From: Candidatus Omnitrophota bacterium
GTDB lineage: Bacteria > Omnitrophota > Gorgyraeia > B26-G9
Direction of reading: 5' to 3'
DNA length: 64,000 nucleotides
Assembly: GCA_018895275.1 (NCBI GenBank)
Contig: JAHIOQ010000051.1
Span: 46,409 to 110,408 of the forward strand
Position numbers and translations under genes: made by a program. Positions within the stretch are counted from its first letter, which is position 1; the number at the start of each line of letters is the position of its first letter. The notes under the pieces were generated by a model, which was not told the origin of the DNA, ran no database searches, and saw nothing but the letters and a program-made list of their open reading frames with translations. Positions 39,856-48,393 of the stretch are shown piece by piece.

Positions 39856-40709
39856 TATTCCTTACTAAGCTCTTTAATCTCTTCAATTGCTTTTTTGGCC
39901 AAATCTCCTTCGGGATATTTTTCCACGATTTGTTGATAATATTTTACCGCTTCTTCTTTATTTTTAAGATGATAGTGATAGATTTTAGCTATATTAAAAA
40001 CAGCGCATGCTTGAATAATCGGGCCAACCTCTCTATCGCTAAGCGACTTGAGGAAAGCTATCGCTTCCTCTTCTCCTTCAAGATAAAGCATGCAACTAAC
40101 CGCATAATTGAGCGAAACGATCTTCACCATTTCCGATTGACTATTCTCTATCGCATCTTTATAAGTTTTTAGCGCGCTTCGAAAAGCAAGGCCAGATTTT
40201 TCGGATTCCCCTCTTTTTTTATACTGCTGAGCTAAATAAAAAGGAACCATCAATCCAATTTCAGTATAAGGATACGCCGTGGATATTTTCTTATAGGTCT
40301 TCTCCGCCTCATCCCAGTTATCCGCTCGTTCGTAAAGCACGGCAATGTTTTTTAATGCAGCTACACAAATGGCATCTTGATGGGGAAAAGTCTTGCAAAT
40401 AAGTTCATATTGTTTACGCGCCCCTTCAGAATCATTTTTCATCTCATAAATCATCGCCAGATTAAAATAAGCCAGCGGAGCGCTCTTCCAATACGGGTAC
40501 CGCAGCGTTATCTCTTTAAAAGAAAAAATCAGGGCATCCATCTCCTCTTTTTCAATGTTTTCATTATGCTTTTCTTTTTCAACCAATTTCTGTAATTTAT
40601 TATTGGCCTTCCAGAACATCTTTTCCGCAACATAAGTACCGTCGCCGCACCCGGAACACAAGAAATTTACAAGTAGAAACATTAATATGAATATTTTAAT
40701 ATGTTTCAT
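39855..40709 (-). CDS. TPR-repeat lipoprotein
   Basis: Lipobox-like LCSGC and multiple TPR-like helical pairs. Confidence 0.78.
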   Translation of the reverse strand: MKHIKIFILMFLLVNFLCSGCGDGTYVAEKMFWKANNKLQKLVEKEKHNENIEKEEMDALIFSFKEITLRYPYWKSAPLAYFNLAMIYEMKNDSEGARKQYELICKTFPHQDAICVAALKNIAVLYERADNWDEAEKTYKKISTAYPYTEIGLMVPFYLAQQYKKRGESEKSGLAFRSALKTYKDAIENSQSEMVKIVSLNYAVSCMLYLEGEEEAIAFLKSLSDREVGPIIQACAVFNIAKIYHYHLKNKEEAVKYYQQIVEKYPEGDLAKKAIEEIKELSKE

Positions 40710-41545
40710 TTATTCCCCTCTTTTGTTAACAAAAGATGGCAAGCCGAGGCAATGATAAAATAATTTGAAATAAGCAGGAAGAAAATTTCAGCGCCTAAAA
40801 TTACCAACGTAAATTCAGGGAAAAACGGGAAAAACTTATTTATTATAGAAACGATTTTAAATTTAGCCAAAACTAAAGCAAAATTTATGACCCTGAAAGA
40901 AAAAACTAAAAACAGCGTAAAAGCAAAGTGATTTTTAAAGAACAAGGTTGATTTTTTGATGCTGGAAAATAATCCGTGTTTATAAACAATCAAAAACGCT
41001 ACTGCATAAACAAGAGCGGATTCCATTACAACAAAAAATATGAATGAAAAAAAATAAGCGCCATAATAACCTATAGTTAAAAAACGCTCCGATCCAACAA
41101 GGTGAAGCACAATAAGTTTTGGAATTATGTAAATCAGAAATAGCCCTATGGCATATATTATTCCAAGCATAAATAAAGCGGGAATTTTTCTAACCGCTCG
41201 GTTAAAGTTTCCCCAGTATCTAACAGAACTTTTTTCCACCTCTTTTTGAAAAACCGCGGCAACCGTAGCCGCAATGCTCACTCCTGCAAAAGCTAAATAA
41301 ATAAAAACTCTTCCTAAAAACACAAGCCTTGGCAATGCAAGAAAGTTCAGCGGATAATGCAAAAAATGCTCTCCCATAAACGCCTTGATTAACGGCGCCA
41401 GAACAATAGATACCGGAGGCCGCGGCGCGTAATACCAAATAGCAAGCCACGAGACTTCAAACAAAGCGAGAATCAAAAAAGGCAGTACGATCGAAAAATT
41501 GTTTAATGAAAATTTAATGCTGTTAAATATATTTACCTTATGCAT
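40706..41545 (-). CDS. Hypothetical polytopic membrane protein
   Basis: About six hydrophobic segments; ATGA overlap with the downstream gene. Confidence 0.7.
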   Translation of the reverse strand: MHKVNIFNSIKFSLNNFSIVLPFLILALFEVSWLAIWYYAPRPPVSIVLAPLIKAFMGEHFLHYPLNFLALPRLVFLGRVFIYLAFAGVSIAATVAAVFQKEVEKSSVRYWGNFNRAVRKIPALFMLGIIYAIGLFLIYIIPKLIVLHLVGSERFLTIGYYGAYFFSFIFFVVMESALVYAVAFLIVYKHGLFSSIKKSTLFFKNHFAFTLFLVFSFRVINFALVLAKFKIVSIINKFFPFFPEFTLVILGAEIFFLLISNYFIIASACHLLLTKEGNK

Positions 41546-41567
41546 ATCTTTTCCTCGGATATCTGGA

Positions 41568-41664
41568 TTAAATTTTATTTCTTACGATTTCGATTATTTC
41601 CGCGGCTAAAGCAATCGCCTCCACGGAATCTTCTTTCCGATATTTAGGAATTAAGCGGCCTCAT
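41568..41664 (-). pseudogene. HEPN-domain gene remnant (internal deletion)
   Basis: ATG 41664 overlaps the MNT 3' end (MRPLNS-stop); out-of-frame tail IPKYRKEDSVEAIALAAEIIEIVRNKI-stop resembles the last HEPN helix. Confidence 0.6.
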
Positions 41665-41983
41665 ATAATACTTTCCCATCTCTCAGCGCTCGTCTGATAA
41701 AACTGTTCCATCGGCTCATATCATTTATCTCTCGCGGCGTATAAACGAATATATCCACTCCGACATTCGGCTCGATATCCATATATACACTATCCAGCCT
41801 ATCCAAAAACCGCTGTTTCGTATTTTTAACAATGATTAGATCTATATCACTGGTTAAACCGACCCTGCCGGTAGCTAAGGAACCGAAAAGTATTATTTTC
41901 CGCACGCCGGTTTTATCTATTTTCTTTATAATCCTGGTAAGTTCTTCCTGTAACCTTTTTAGTCTCGGCCCTCTTCCAATCAT
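41651..41983 (-). CDS. Minimal nucleotidyltransferase (MNT antitoxin-like)
   Basis: ILFGSLATG, SDIDLIIV, VDIFVYTP.E, G.VLYE. Confidence 0.92.
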   Translation of the reverse strand: MIGRGPRLKRLQEELTRIIKKIDKTGVRKIILFGSLATGRVGLTSDIDLIIVKNTKQRFLDRLDSVYMDIEPNVGVDIFVYTPREINDMSRWNSFIRRALRDGKVLYEAA

Positions 41984-42027
41984 TTTTCCCTGCTCTCTTG
42001 TTTCCCAAACTCCCGCATACTCAACTA

Positions 42028-42056
42028 ACTATACCTAATCAACCGGCCATTGTCAA
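42028..42056 (-). promoter_or_regulatory. sigma70-type promoter upstream of the MNT gene
   Basis: TTGACA-17-TATAGT. Confidence 0.6.
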
Positions 42057-42079
42057 CCCTAATGGGCACTTGTTCTTTG

Positions 42080-42200
42080 GCCACCAAGACACTAAAATAT
42101 TCTTTATTCTCACACAGAGCCGCAAAGTTCACAAAGAATATCTTTAAATTCTATTAATTTGTTTTTTTATTTCTCGCGCCAAGACGCAAAGTCTGCCAGG
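42080..42200. repeat. Three stacked orphan arms of GxxExxY-type elements
   Basis: GCCACCAAGACACTAAA, CTCACACAGAGCCGCAAAGTTCACAAAG and CTCGCGCCAAGACGCAAAGTCTGCCAG, all in the same orientation. Confidence 0.55.
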
Positions 42201-42211
42201 ATTAATTATAA

Positions 42212-43255
42212 TTATTTGAACTCCAAAAACCCCCAATCCCGCAGCCATTTAAATGTAGTCAAAATAACCAGTATCAATCCCAGCACGGCATAAACTCCGT
42301 TCAAACGGGCAAAACTAAGGGCTATAAGCCCAAAACAAAATGTCAAAAAATATAGCAGTAAAACTACGCGCACCTGTGTTTTTTCTTCACGCAGGATTCT
42401 ATGGTGAATATGTTCTTTATCTGCTGTAAATACAGGCTTTTTTTGCAGAAATCTCCTTATAATCGATAAGCAGGTATCCATAATCGGCACGGCCATGGCC
42501 ATTAACGGCACGAATAACGTGAACAATGCCGTCCGCTTTTGAAACCCGGCAAGCGCGATCACGGATAGAACCAGTCCGATAAACATACTGCCCGTATTGC
42601 CCATAAATATCCTTGCCGGGAAAAAATTATGCGGCAAGAACCCGATGATTGCCCCCATCAGGCAAAGACACAATACGGCTACCGGAATTATTTTCATTTC
42701 CAGTGCCGCGATAAACAGGAAAAACACGGCAATGCCGCTGACCCCCGCGGCCAAACCGTCAAGCCCGTCCAATAGATTTATGGCATTAACCATACCGACA
42801 ATCCATAACACGGTTATGGCCATGCTCAAAGCCCCTAAAGGCAGGCTGCCTCCCAGCGGTTTAGTAATGATATTGATTTCAAAGCCGAAACTAACCACGA
42901 TAATCGCGGCCAGAAGCTGTATTACCAGTTTTATCTGCGCCTTCATATCATGCAGGTCATCATAGATTCCGGTCATGAGAATAATTAGAACCGCGAGGCT
43001 AAAACCGCAAAATGGCAGAAAAAAATCATAACGCAGCCCAGGCACAAAAATAAATGCCGCAGCCATGCCAAGATAAAACCCCAAAAACAAGGCAATCCCT
43101 CCCAGGGTAGGAACCGGCCGCACATGCACTTTGCGCTTTGAAGGGCTATCCACATAGTGTTTTTTCAAAGCAATCTTGCGTACAACAAAAGTGCTGATGT
43201 ACGAAGTTAACGCGGATATAATCAGAATTATGAGATACGTTTTCAAATGAATCAT
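42212..43255 (-). CDS. Undecaprenyl-phosphate GlcNAc-1-phosphate transferase (WecA/TagO, MraY family)
   Basis: RKVH..P.PTLGG, GIYDD, NAINLLDGLDGL, FMGNTGS, DKEHIHH. Confidence 0.93.
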   Translation of the reverse strand: MIHLKTYLIILIISALTSYISTFVVRKIALKKHYVDSPSKRKVHVRPVPTLGGIALFLGFYLGMAAAFIFVPGLRYDFFLPFCGFSLAVLIILMTGIYDDLHDMKAQIKLVIQLLAAIIVVSFGFEINIITKPLGGSLPLGALSMAITVLWIVGMVNAINLLDGLDGLAAGVSGIAVFFLFIAALEMKIIPVAVLCLCLMGAIIGFLPHNFFPARIFMGNTGSMFIGLVLSVIALAGFQKRTALFTLFVPLMAMAVPIMDTCLSIIRRFLQKKPVFTADKEHIHHRILREEKTQVRVVLLLYFLTFCFGLIALSFARLNGVYAVLGLILVILTTFKWLRDWGFLEFK

Positions 43256-43278
43256 CGTGTACTCTCTTTACCAAAAAC

Positions 43279-43953
43279 CTAAATAGCCGACCCCGTATTT
43301 CCATTCTCCATATAAACAGTAACAAACAAATCGCGGCTGATTTTTTCCACTTCAAGTTTTTTATAATTTAAGTTTGCAAATAACTCGTGTAATTGTTCTA
43401 TGTTGTACATAAATAAATTGCATTTCTTTTTATATCGTAACTTTCGCTGCCAGGCAAGAACCCCTCCCTCTACAGGAAAACTAAAAAATGCTTTTGCTTT
43501 CGTTATGGATAACACTTTCTCTATAACTTTCCATGGTTCTTCAATATAATCCATAAAACCCATAACAATTGAATAATCAAATTTATCTTTTATAACAGTG
43601 TTCATAAAATCACCCAAAATAAAATTGCATTTATTCTCTACACCAGTATTCTTGGCATTCTGTCTCGCTAAGTCAATCATTGCCTCTGCAAAATCTATCC
43701 CGGATATATAGTCAGCTCCTTTCTTTGCCAGTGTGATACTGTAATGCCCCGGTCCACAACCTATATCGATAACTGTCTTCCCTTTAATCGGGTAACAGCC
43801 CTCGATAGTTTTGTCATATCTAAGTTTCATGCTTTCTCTGAAATATTTGTTTATGAGATTATTCAAAAAAGTATTTTTATTCCCATAAATTGCATTAAAA
43901 CCATGCGCATAAGAATCAAAAAATTCCGCGGTGCTTTTTTTTGACATCAGCAA
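43279..43953 (-). CDS. Class I SAM-dependent methyltransferase
   Basis: VIDIGCGPG, GIDFAEAMI. Confidence 0.88.
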   Translation of the reverse strand: MLMSKKSTAEFFDSYAHGFNAIYGNKNTFLNNLINKYFRESMKLRYDKTIEGCYPIKGKTVIDIGCGPGHYSITLAKKGADYISGIDFAEAMIDLARQNAKNTGVENKCNFILGDFMNTVIKDKFDYSIVMGFMDYIEEPWKVIEKVLSITKAKAFFSFPVEGGVLAWQRKLRYKKKCNLFMYNIEQLHELFANLNYKKLEVEKISRDLFVTVYMENGNTGSAI

Positions 43954-44795
43954 CCATCTCCTATCTTTATGTTGTTGGCAATAAATCTTTCAAAAGTTGT
44001 AATTTTAAATTCATCAAGTAGTTTTAATATTTTCCCTTCCATTGTTTTTAAATTAACATAAGTTTTAAATTTCCTTTTGATGCCCATAGGCAAACGAGGG
44101 TGATTCAAATCAATCTCTCTGGGATGTATATAAAAAATTACCGGCCTGCCTTCCTTTAATACTTTTAAAGTCATTTTTTTAATAATAAAATATGGGAAAA
44201 ATCTTAAATAACCGCCTCCAAAGAAGCACATTGGTTTTCCGAATACTTTTGTAACCGTAATCGGAAATTCTAAAATGCGTTTTAAATTATTGCCGGCTAA
44301 ATAAGGCGAGTATTGCTTAGTGTTTAATCCACCATGTCCCCTTGCAGCAGGAAATACACTTGAATCGTAGGTGTATCCTGCCTCAATTAGTTTATCAAAA
44401 AACCACGGGGTATCTTTTGTAACCGAAAAGCCTGAAGAACGATATCCCAAAATCGGCGCTCCTATAATATCTTCAATAATATTTTTAGATTTTAAAGCAT
44501 CCTGGAAAAATTCCTCTTCTCTCAACTTATAAACAAGCTCATGGGAATATCCATGAGAAGCTATTTCGTGCCCTCGATTACGCGCTTCCTTCACAAGATG
44601 GGGAAACTTTTTCGCAATCCATCCCAGAAAAAAGCAGGTAACCTGGATATTCTTCTCACTGAATATATCAAGAAGCTTTTTGAAATTATTTTCTATATGA
44701 GAAGGCAAGGAATCCCATTCTGATTTTTTGGGAGCAGATGATATGTCCAAAATGTGAAACCATTCTTCAACATCTACTGAAAAAATACACTCCAT
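43947..44795 (-). CDS. Polysaccharide deacetylase (PEP-CTERM/XrtA-system type)
   Basis: FSVDVEEWFH, GHEIASHGYSH, YDSSVFP, GGGYLR, FYIHPREID. Confidence 0.9.
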   Translation of the reverse strand: MECIFSVDVEEWFHILDISSAPKKSEWDSLPSHIENNFKKLLDIFSEKNIQVTCFFLGWIAKKFPHLVKEARNRGHEIASHGYSHELVYKLREEEFFQDALKSKNIIEDIIGAPILGYRSSGFSVTKDTPWFFDKLIEAGYTYDSSVFPAARGHGGLNTKQYSPYLAGNNLKRILEFPITVTKVFGKPMCFFGGGYLRFFPYFIIKKMTLKVLKEGRPVIFYIHPREIDLNHPRLPMGIKRKFKTYVNLKTMEGKILKLLDEFKITTFERFIANNIKIGDGC

Positions 44796-44844
44796 TTTTA
44801 AAATCTCCTAACCGTGTAATTCACGATTTGTTGCAAAAAATATT

Positions 44845-45984
44845 TCATCTTGTGCTTTCTGCCTTTTCCCAGGTTGCTTTTATGCCAATTGTTAAAAACC
44901 TTAATAAACCAATGAATGAAGCTATATTGACCATACAAAAATAGAATGGCACGTCAAAAATTTTTATTTTAATCATCTTTTTTTCTAAAAAATATCCGAT
45001 TAACGCCGCTGAATAAAATAACACTTGGACAATAAACGTAACACGGTAAAACCAATAATCCAAGAGAAATAAATTAGAAACAAATATACTCATCAAAAAT
45101 AAAAATGTCAACCATCTTATGAATTTGTGAAAAGCAAATTGCAATATTCGTAAGAGTCCGGTGGAGAGTATTATTCCGCATATTGCAAAACTTGCTTTAA
45201 ACCCCTGGGAAATAATTCGGACTTTCCGATTAAATTCTTCTTTAGCCCTTTCAGCTATTTTTTCAACCGCTATTGCTTCAGATTCATAGATCAAACCATA
45301 ACCCTTTTTCGCTATTCTCATCGGTATAACAAAATCATCGGCTAAGGATTCATCGACGGGCTCGAATAGTTTTTTCCTAATTGCATAAATTGGACCATTA
45401 ACTACCAGCAGAGATTGTAATTGACTCTCGCTTATCTTTAGAAACCTCTCGTATTTCCAATAGAGACTCTCCCCTTCATTTGTGGAAGAACCACCTATAT
45501 ACCTTAATTCTCCACATACACAACCGATTTTTTCATCAGCAAAGTTTCTAATTAACTTTTTGATAGCATCCTTTTTATAAATTGCATTAGCGTCCGTAAA
45601 GATTAAAATATCCCCTTTGGCCTCAGATACAGATGTATTTAACGCCATCATTTTGCCTTTCCTGGGTTTTTGTTCAATTATCTTTACTCCTTGATTTACA
45701 TATCTATCAGCAATATTCCTGCTTCTATCCGTGCATCCATCCAGGATTACTATGATTTCGAATTTATCCTTTGGATAATCTAACGAAAGACTATTTTCAA
45801 TTTTTTCGCTAATAATTTTTTCTTCATTATATGCCGGAATTAATAAAGATACTTCAGGCATGAAATTTTCATCAACGTTATGCGGCTTTTTAAAAATAAA
45901 ACCCAGCACTGTTAAAATCAGCGGATACCCAAGATAGATAAAAAGCACCAAATTAAAACTGAACCAGAATAAAAATTTAATCAT
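44845..45984 (-). CDS. GT2 glycosyltransferase
   Basis: IPAYNEE, DGCTD, FTDAN, YWKYE, LADDF. Confidence 0.9.
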   Translation of the reverse strand: MIKFLFWFSFNLVLFIYLGYPLILTVLGFIFKKPHNVDENFMPEVSLLIPAYNEEKIISEKIENSLSLDYPKDKFEIIVILDGCTDRSRNIADRYVNQGVKIIEQKPRKGKMMALNTSVSEAKGDILIFTDANAIYKKDAIKKLIRNFADEKIGCVCGELRYIGGSSTNEGESLYWKYERFLKISESQLQSLLVVNGPIYAIRKKLFEPVDESLADDFVIPMRIAKKGYGLIYESEAIAVEKIAERAKEEFNRKVRIISQGFKASFAICGIILSTGLLRILQFAFHKFIRWLTFLFLMSIFVSNLFLLDYWFYRVTFIVQVLFYSAALIGYFLEKKMIKIKIFDVPFYFCMVNIASFIGLLRFLTIGIKATWEKAESTR

Positions 45985-47099
45985 CGAAATCCGTTTATTA
46001 TTGCTTTTACTATTCTTTCCGCGGCATGGCCGTCACCGTAAGGATTTACGGACTTAGCCATTTTATCATATGCGGATTTAGAAAAAAGCAGTTTTTTTGC
46101 TTCCGCGACTATCCTTTCACTATTCATTCCTACCAGGCGCGCTACCCCAGAATCCACTCCTTCCGGGCGCTCGGTAACTTCACGCATTACCAGAATAGGC
46201 TTACCAAATGCCGGCGCCTCTTCCTGCACTCCGCCCGAATCCGTAAGAGCAAAATAGCAGTTTTTCAAAACGTAAACAAATGATTCGTAATCCAAGGGGC
46301 TCAACAGATGAATATTACGCCTGTTATTAAGCAATTTCTGCACCGGCTTTTGAACATTCGGATTAAGATGCACGGGGTAAATGATCTCCACGTCCTTAAA
46401 AGCGGAAATTTCTTTTAATGCCCGGCAAATCGACAATAACGACCCGCCAAAACTTTCCCGTCTGTGTGCAGTAACCAAAATAACCTTTTTATTTTTAAAA
46501 TCAATTTTTCTCAATTGTTTATTTTTAACTGGATAATCTTTGCCGGCTATCGCATATATGGCGTCAATAACGGTATTACCGGTCAAATAAATCTTTTTTT
46601 TATCTATCCCTTCTTTTAATAAATTTTCCCTTGCCCGTTTTGTCGGCGCAAAATGCAAGTCAGCAACCACAGTTATAAGGCAACGATTAATCTCTTCCGG
46701 GAAAGGACGATATTTATCATGGGTACGCAGTCCCGCTTCCACATGCCCCACGGAAATTTTTAAATAAAAGGCGCAAAGACTGGCAATAAACGCGGTCGTT
46801 GTATCTCCTTCCACAAGCATTAAATCCGGTCTTTCTTTTTCCAAAACCTTTGCTAATCTCTCCATGCAGCGGCTGGACACATCAAAAAGAGTCTGATTTT
46901 TAAGCATAATATCCAAATCATAATCCGGCTTTATCTGAAAGAACTCCAGAAACTGATCAACCATTACCCGGTGCTGGCCGGTAAGAACCACTTTTGAGAT
47001 TATTTTTGAGTTATGCTTTTCCAGTTCCTTTATAACCGGAGCCAGTTTTATAACCTCAGGACGCGTGCCGAGTACGGTTATAATTTTGATCTTACGCAT
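45981..47099 (-). CDS. wecB: UDP-N-acetylglucosamine 2-epimerase (non-hydrolysing)
   Basis: GTRPEVIK, TGQHR, GDTTT, HVEAGLR, TAHRRE, DSGGVQEEA, NPYGDG. Confidence 0.96.
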   Translation of the reverse strand: MRKIKIITVLGTRPEVIKLAPVIKELEKHNSKIISKVVLTGQHRVMVDQFLEFFQIKPDYDLDIMLKNQTLFDVSSRCMERLAKVLEKERPDLMLVEGDTTTAFIASLCAFYLKISVGHVEAGLRTHDKYRPFPEEINRCLITVVADLHFAPTKRARENLLKEGIDKKKIYLTGNTVIDAIYAIAGKDYPVKNKQLRKIDFKNKKVILVTAHRRESFGGSLLSICRALKEISAFKDVEIIYPVHLNPNVQKPVQKLLNNRRNIHLLSPLDYESFVYVLKNCYFALTDSGGVQEEAPAFGKPILVMREVTERPEGVDSGVARLVGMNSERIVAEAKKLLFSKSAYDKMAKSVNPYGDGHAAERIVKAIINGFR

Positions 47100-48324
47100 A
47101 TAATCTCCTATCGGTAATCTTTTTTATTTCCTTATTGTAAAGTAATTCAATTTCTCCGGCAACCCTCTCCCACGAATAATTCTCTAAAATAAATTGTCTG
47201 CATTTCTTTCCAAACTCCGCCAAATCATTCGTGCGTTTTACAAAACTAATGATCCCTTGAGCGATATCTCTCGGGCTTGTTCCGGCAAAGATTAAACTCT
47301 CATCAAAACGGCTTAAGATTTCCAAAGAACCTCCCGTGGGTGTGCTTAATACCGGCAACCCTGATGATAATCCTTCCAAAGCAACCAATCCGAACCATTC
47401 ATCCTGCTCTGAAGGTAAAATAAAAATATCGGCTGCCTGGTAATAATCAGATATCATTTTAAAATCAACAAAACCCAATAATTCTACCTTTTCCTCCAAT
47501 CCTTCCTTGCTAATTAAACGCTTTAATTCCTTTTTTAAAAATCCGTCCCCCAATATTAACAGAAAAATGCGCGGAATCTCTTCTGAAATAATAGGCATCG
47601 CAAGGATTAGATTTTCCAATCCCATCCGCGCAACAAGTCTTCGTGCGGTTAACAATATTAATTTATTATCCGGAAGATTGAGCTTATTTCTCAAAATAGT
47701 CTTATCCAACAATGGACTAAAATTACTTGAATCCACCCCGCCGGGTATTAATATTATTTTCTCAGAACTATGAAGATAAGTATCCACAATATATCTTTTG
47801 CTAAAATTACTTAAAACGATAATCCTATCCGCAGCCTTAAGCGACATACATTCAACATGTTTGACGAGCAAGAAAATCAGTTCGTTCAACAATGGGAAGG
47901 CATACCTCTTTTTTTTACTCTGGATCAAAATATCTTTATATGCCGACGAATGAAACGTATAAATTCGCGGTATATTTTTTATTTTAAACAAGAGATTTAT
48001 TCCGTAAGCAGGAAATATCGAATGAAAATTAATAACGTCAAATTCGATTTTTTTTACTAATTTAGAGAATAACCGTCTCCCATTGATTATGCTTAAAATA
48101 AAACGCCTGATATACACCAAGTTACCCGAAATACCCTCATCATATCGATAAACCTTCATTCCTTCTATAACTTCTTCATCAGGCGCGTCTTTTTTCATTT
48201 TTACCGTTATTACATATACATCATGCCCTTTTTTTATCAGCTCTTTCCCTAAATTATAAACATAAGAATGCATACCTCCTATGCCGTCAGGATAAAAAGA
48301 AAAAGTCACCATTAAAATTTTCAT
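47092..48324 (-). CDS. GT4 glycosyltransferase
   Basis: GGM, ARRLVARMG, EWFGLVALE (EX7E). Confidence 0.9.
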   Translation of the reverse strand: MKILMVTFSFYPDGIGGMHSYVYNLGKELIKKGHDVYVITVKMKKDAPDEEVIEGMKVYRYDEGISGNLVYIRRFILSIINGRRLFSKLVKKIEFDVINFHSIFPAYGINLLFKIKNIPRIYTFHSSAYKDILIQSKKKRYAFPLLNELIFLLVKHVECMSLKAADRIIVLSNFSKRYIVDTYLHSSEKIILIPGGVDSSNFSPLLDKTILRNKLNLPDNKLILLTARRLVARMGLENLILAMPIISEEIPRIFLLILGDGFLKKELKRLISKEGLEEKVELLGFVDFKMISDYYQAADIFILPSEQDEWFGLVALEGLSSGLPVLSTPTGGSLEILSRFDESLIFAGTSPRDIAQGIISFVKRTNDLAEFGKKCRQFILENYSWERVAGEIELLYNKEIKKITDRRLYA

Positions 48325-48393
48325 CTGTTAATAATCACCCCTTAAAATCCAGAATAAAACTATGCGTATTTATTTAACATTCTTAAATTACTC

